A DNA stretch of 64,000 nt, taken from the NCBI GenBank assembly GCA_963850305.1, contig CAWKKR010000008.1:128001-192000 (forward strand), read 5' to 3'. Of the stretch, positions 62,662-64,000 are shown in pieces. The notes under the pieces were generated by a model, which saw only the letters and a list, made by a program, of their open reading frames with translations, made no database searches and was not told where the DNA came from. This DNA comes from an uncultured delta proteobacterium. GTDB lineage: Bacteria; Myxococcota_A; Polyangia; Polyangiales; Polyangiaceae. The position numbers and the translations under genes were made by a program. Within the stretch, counting starts at the first letter, position 1. Every line of letters begins with the position of its first letter.

Positions 62662-64000
62662 ATCGTCTCCGGTTCGGAGGAAATGACGTCGACGCCGGCC
62701 ACCGGATCCCGGCTGAGCGCGGCTGCCGCGGCGGCGCTATCGCCCACCGGGATGGTGACGCGCATGCGAGCGCCGCCGAGCGGGCTCTCTTGCGCCGAGA
62801 TCGCGCCGCCGTGTTCGACTATGATCTTCTTCACGATCGCGAGTCCGAGTCCCGTGCCGTCGTGCTTCGTGGTCACGTAGGGGTCGAAGATTCTCTCACG
62901 ACTCCCCGCGTCGATGCCCGGCCCATCGTCGTCCACGTCAATCTGCCAGAAATCCCCGGCTCGCGAGAGCGCCACGACGGCCTTGCCGCCGGCGCGGCCC
63001 TGATCGCGGATCGCCTGAAACGAATTTCGAACCAGGTTGATGAGAACGCGCCTCAGCATCTGGCGGTCGAGGTGAGCGGGTGCCGGCCCGTCGGGGAGAC
63101 GGAACGAGACGTCCACGCGCGCGCTCGGTTTCCTGCTCCCCTCGTCTTCCGGGAGGGTCTCGTCGCGGAGCAGCGCCTGGCTCGCCTGCTCCTCGAGGAA
63201 AGCCCTGAGGTCCGCGGGCTCGAGATTCGCCCGGGGCAGCCGCGCGAAGTCGGAGAACTCACCGACGAGCCGCCGCAGCGTGCCCACCTCGGCTTCGACC
63301 ACCTCGAGCGTCGCGTCGAGCAGCTTCCGGAACTGCGGATCGGGTCCCGGGTAACGCTGATGGATCTCCTGGACGGCGAGCTGGATGGGCGTCAAAGGGT
63401 TCTTGATCTCGTGCGCGAGGCGGCGCGCCATTTCTTGCCACGCGCCGATGCGCTGGAGAAATTCGATGCGCGCTCGCGTCGTCTCGATCTCCGCGAGCAT
63501 GCGATTGAACGCGCGCGCGAGGTCTCCGACCTCGTCGGTGCCGACCTCCGCGACGCGCGTCGCGAGATCCCCCTTGCCGACGCGGCCAGCCGCCTCGGCG
63601 AGCCGGACCACGCGCGTCGACACGCCACGCGCGAGGAGCGTCCCGACGCCGATCGCCGCGACGATCGACAAGCCGAGGAGCACCGCGAACGCGAGGAGGT
63701 ACGCGCGCTCGTCTGCCCTCCGCCGCGCGGCGATCTGGTCGTACAGGTCTACGAACTGACTCATCCGATCGAGCCCGTCGTATCGCGAGCGTTGGGCGGC
63801 AAAGACCAGCGACAGGGCCGGACTGCCGTCCTCGTCCTTCTTCTCCGCCTGTTCGCCCAGAGGTCGACGCACCTCGAGGGACAGCTCGTGTGCATCGTCG
63901 ATCGGGTGGCCGCGGTCGGCACTTGCGAGCCTGGCGTCATCGTTCGCGACCGTCGCGGATACGAGATCCGGGTGACGACGAACCACGTCCCCGAGGACGC
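62658..64000 (-). CDS. Sensor histidine kinase (HAMP-HisKA-HATPase, NtrY-like), 5' partial
   Basis: DEVGDLARAFNRM, AWQEMARRLAHEIKNPLTPI, NLVRN, DDGPG, GTGLGLAIV. Confidence 0.95.
   Translation of the reverse strand, partial: VLGDVVRRHPDLVSATVANDDARLASADRGHPIDDAHELSLEVRRPLGEQAEKKDEDGSPALSLVFAAQRSRYDGLDRMSQFVDLYDQIAARRRADERAYLLAFAVLLGLSIVAAIGVGTLLARGVSTRVVRLAEAAGRVGKGDLATRVAEVGTDEVGDLARAFNRMLAEIETTRARIEFLQRIGAWQEMARRLAHEIKNPLTPIQLAVQEIHQRYPGPDPQFRKLLDATLEVVEAEVGTLRRLVGEFSDFARLPRANLEPADLRAFLEEQASQALLRDETLPEDEGSRKPSARVDVSFRLPDGPAPAHLDRQMLRRVLINLVRNSFQAIRDQGRAGGKAVVALSRAGDFWQIDVDDDGPGIDAGSRERIFDPYVTTKHDGTGLGLAIVKKIIVEHGGAISAQESPLGGARMRVTIPVGDSAAAAAALSRDPVAGVDVISSEPETM

Overview
High-GC bacterial chromosome segment, most likely from a Polyangiales-type myxobacterium (Myxococcota). 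This is inferred from Gly/Cys-rich lipoproteins, an ECF sigma/anti-sigma module, a DWG-type Ser/Thr kinase, an FHA protein and a GNAT-nitrilase fusion. At least seven otherwise intact genes carry frameshifts, probably long-read indel errors. Main blocks: (1) an alternative complex III operon (actABCDEF plus an ActG-like gene) fused to an A2-type caa3 oxidase, 5.9-17.3 kb, minus strand; (2) an IS481-family element inserted into the palindromic core of a 21-bp tandem array, 19.5-21.4 kb; (3) a secreted collagen-like fibre gene followed by a TPR protein, a glycosyltransferase-methyltransferase fusion, two sulfotransferase-like proteins and an Fe(II)/2OG hydroxylase, 21.6-28.8 kb, the best candidate for an undescribed fibre-modification system; (4) a module of terminator hairpin, helical protein of unknown function, a ~110-nt structured element and 21/42-bp arrays, next to truncated toxin-antitoxin and Uma2-like genes around a RibD/DHFR-like gene, 42-44.8 kb; (5) a fungal Tos1/Pga52-like glucanase homologue between murA and hisG; (6) envelope and housekeeping genes (ClC-CBS/MarR, amidase, acyltransferase, mannose-1-phosphate guanylyltransferase, UppP, TlpA, histidine kinase). 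No rRNA, tRNA or CRISPR array was seen. All family calls come from motif recognition, not database searches.
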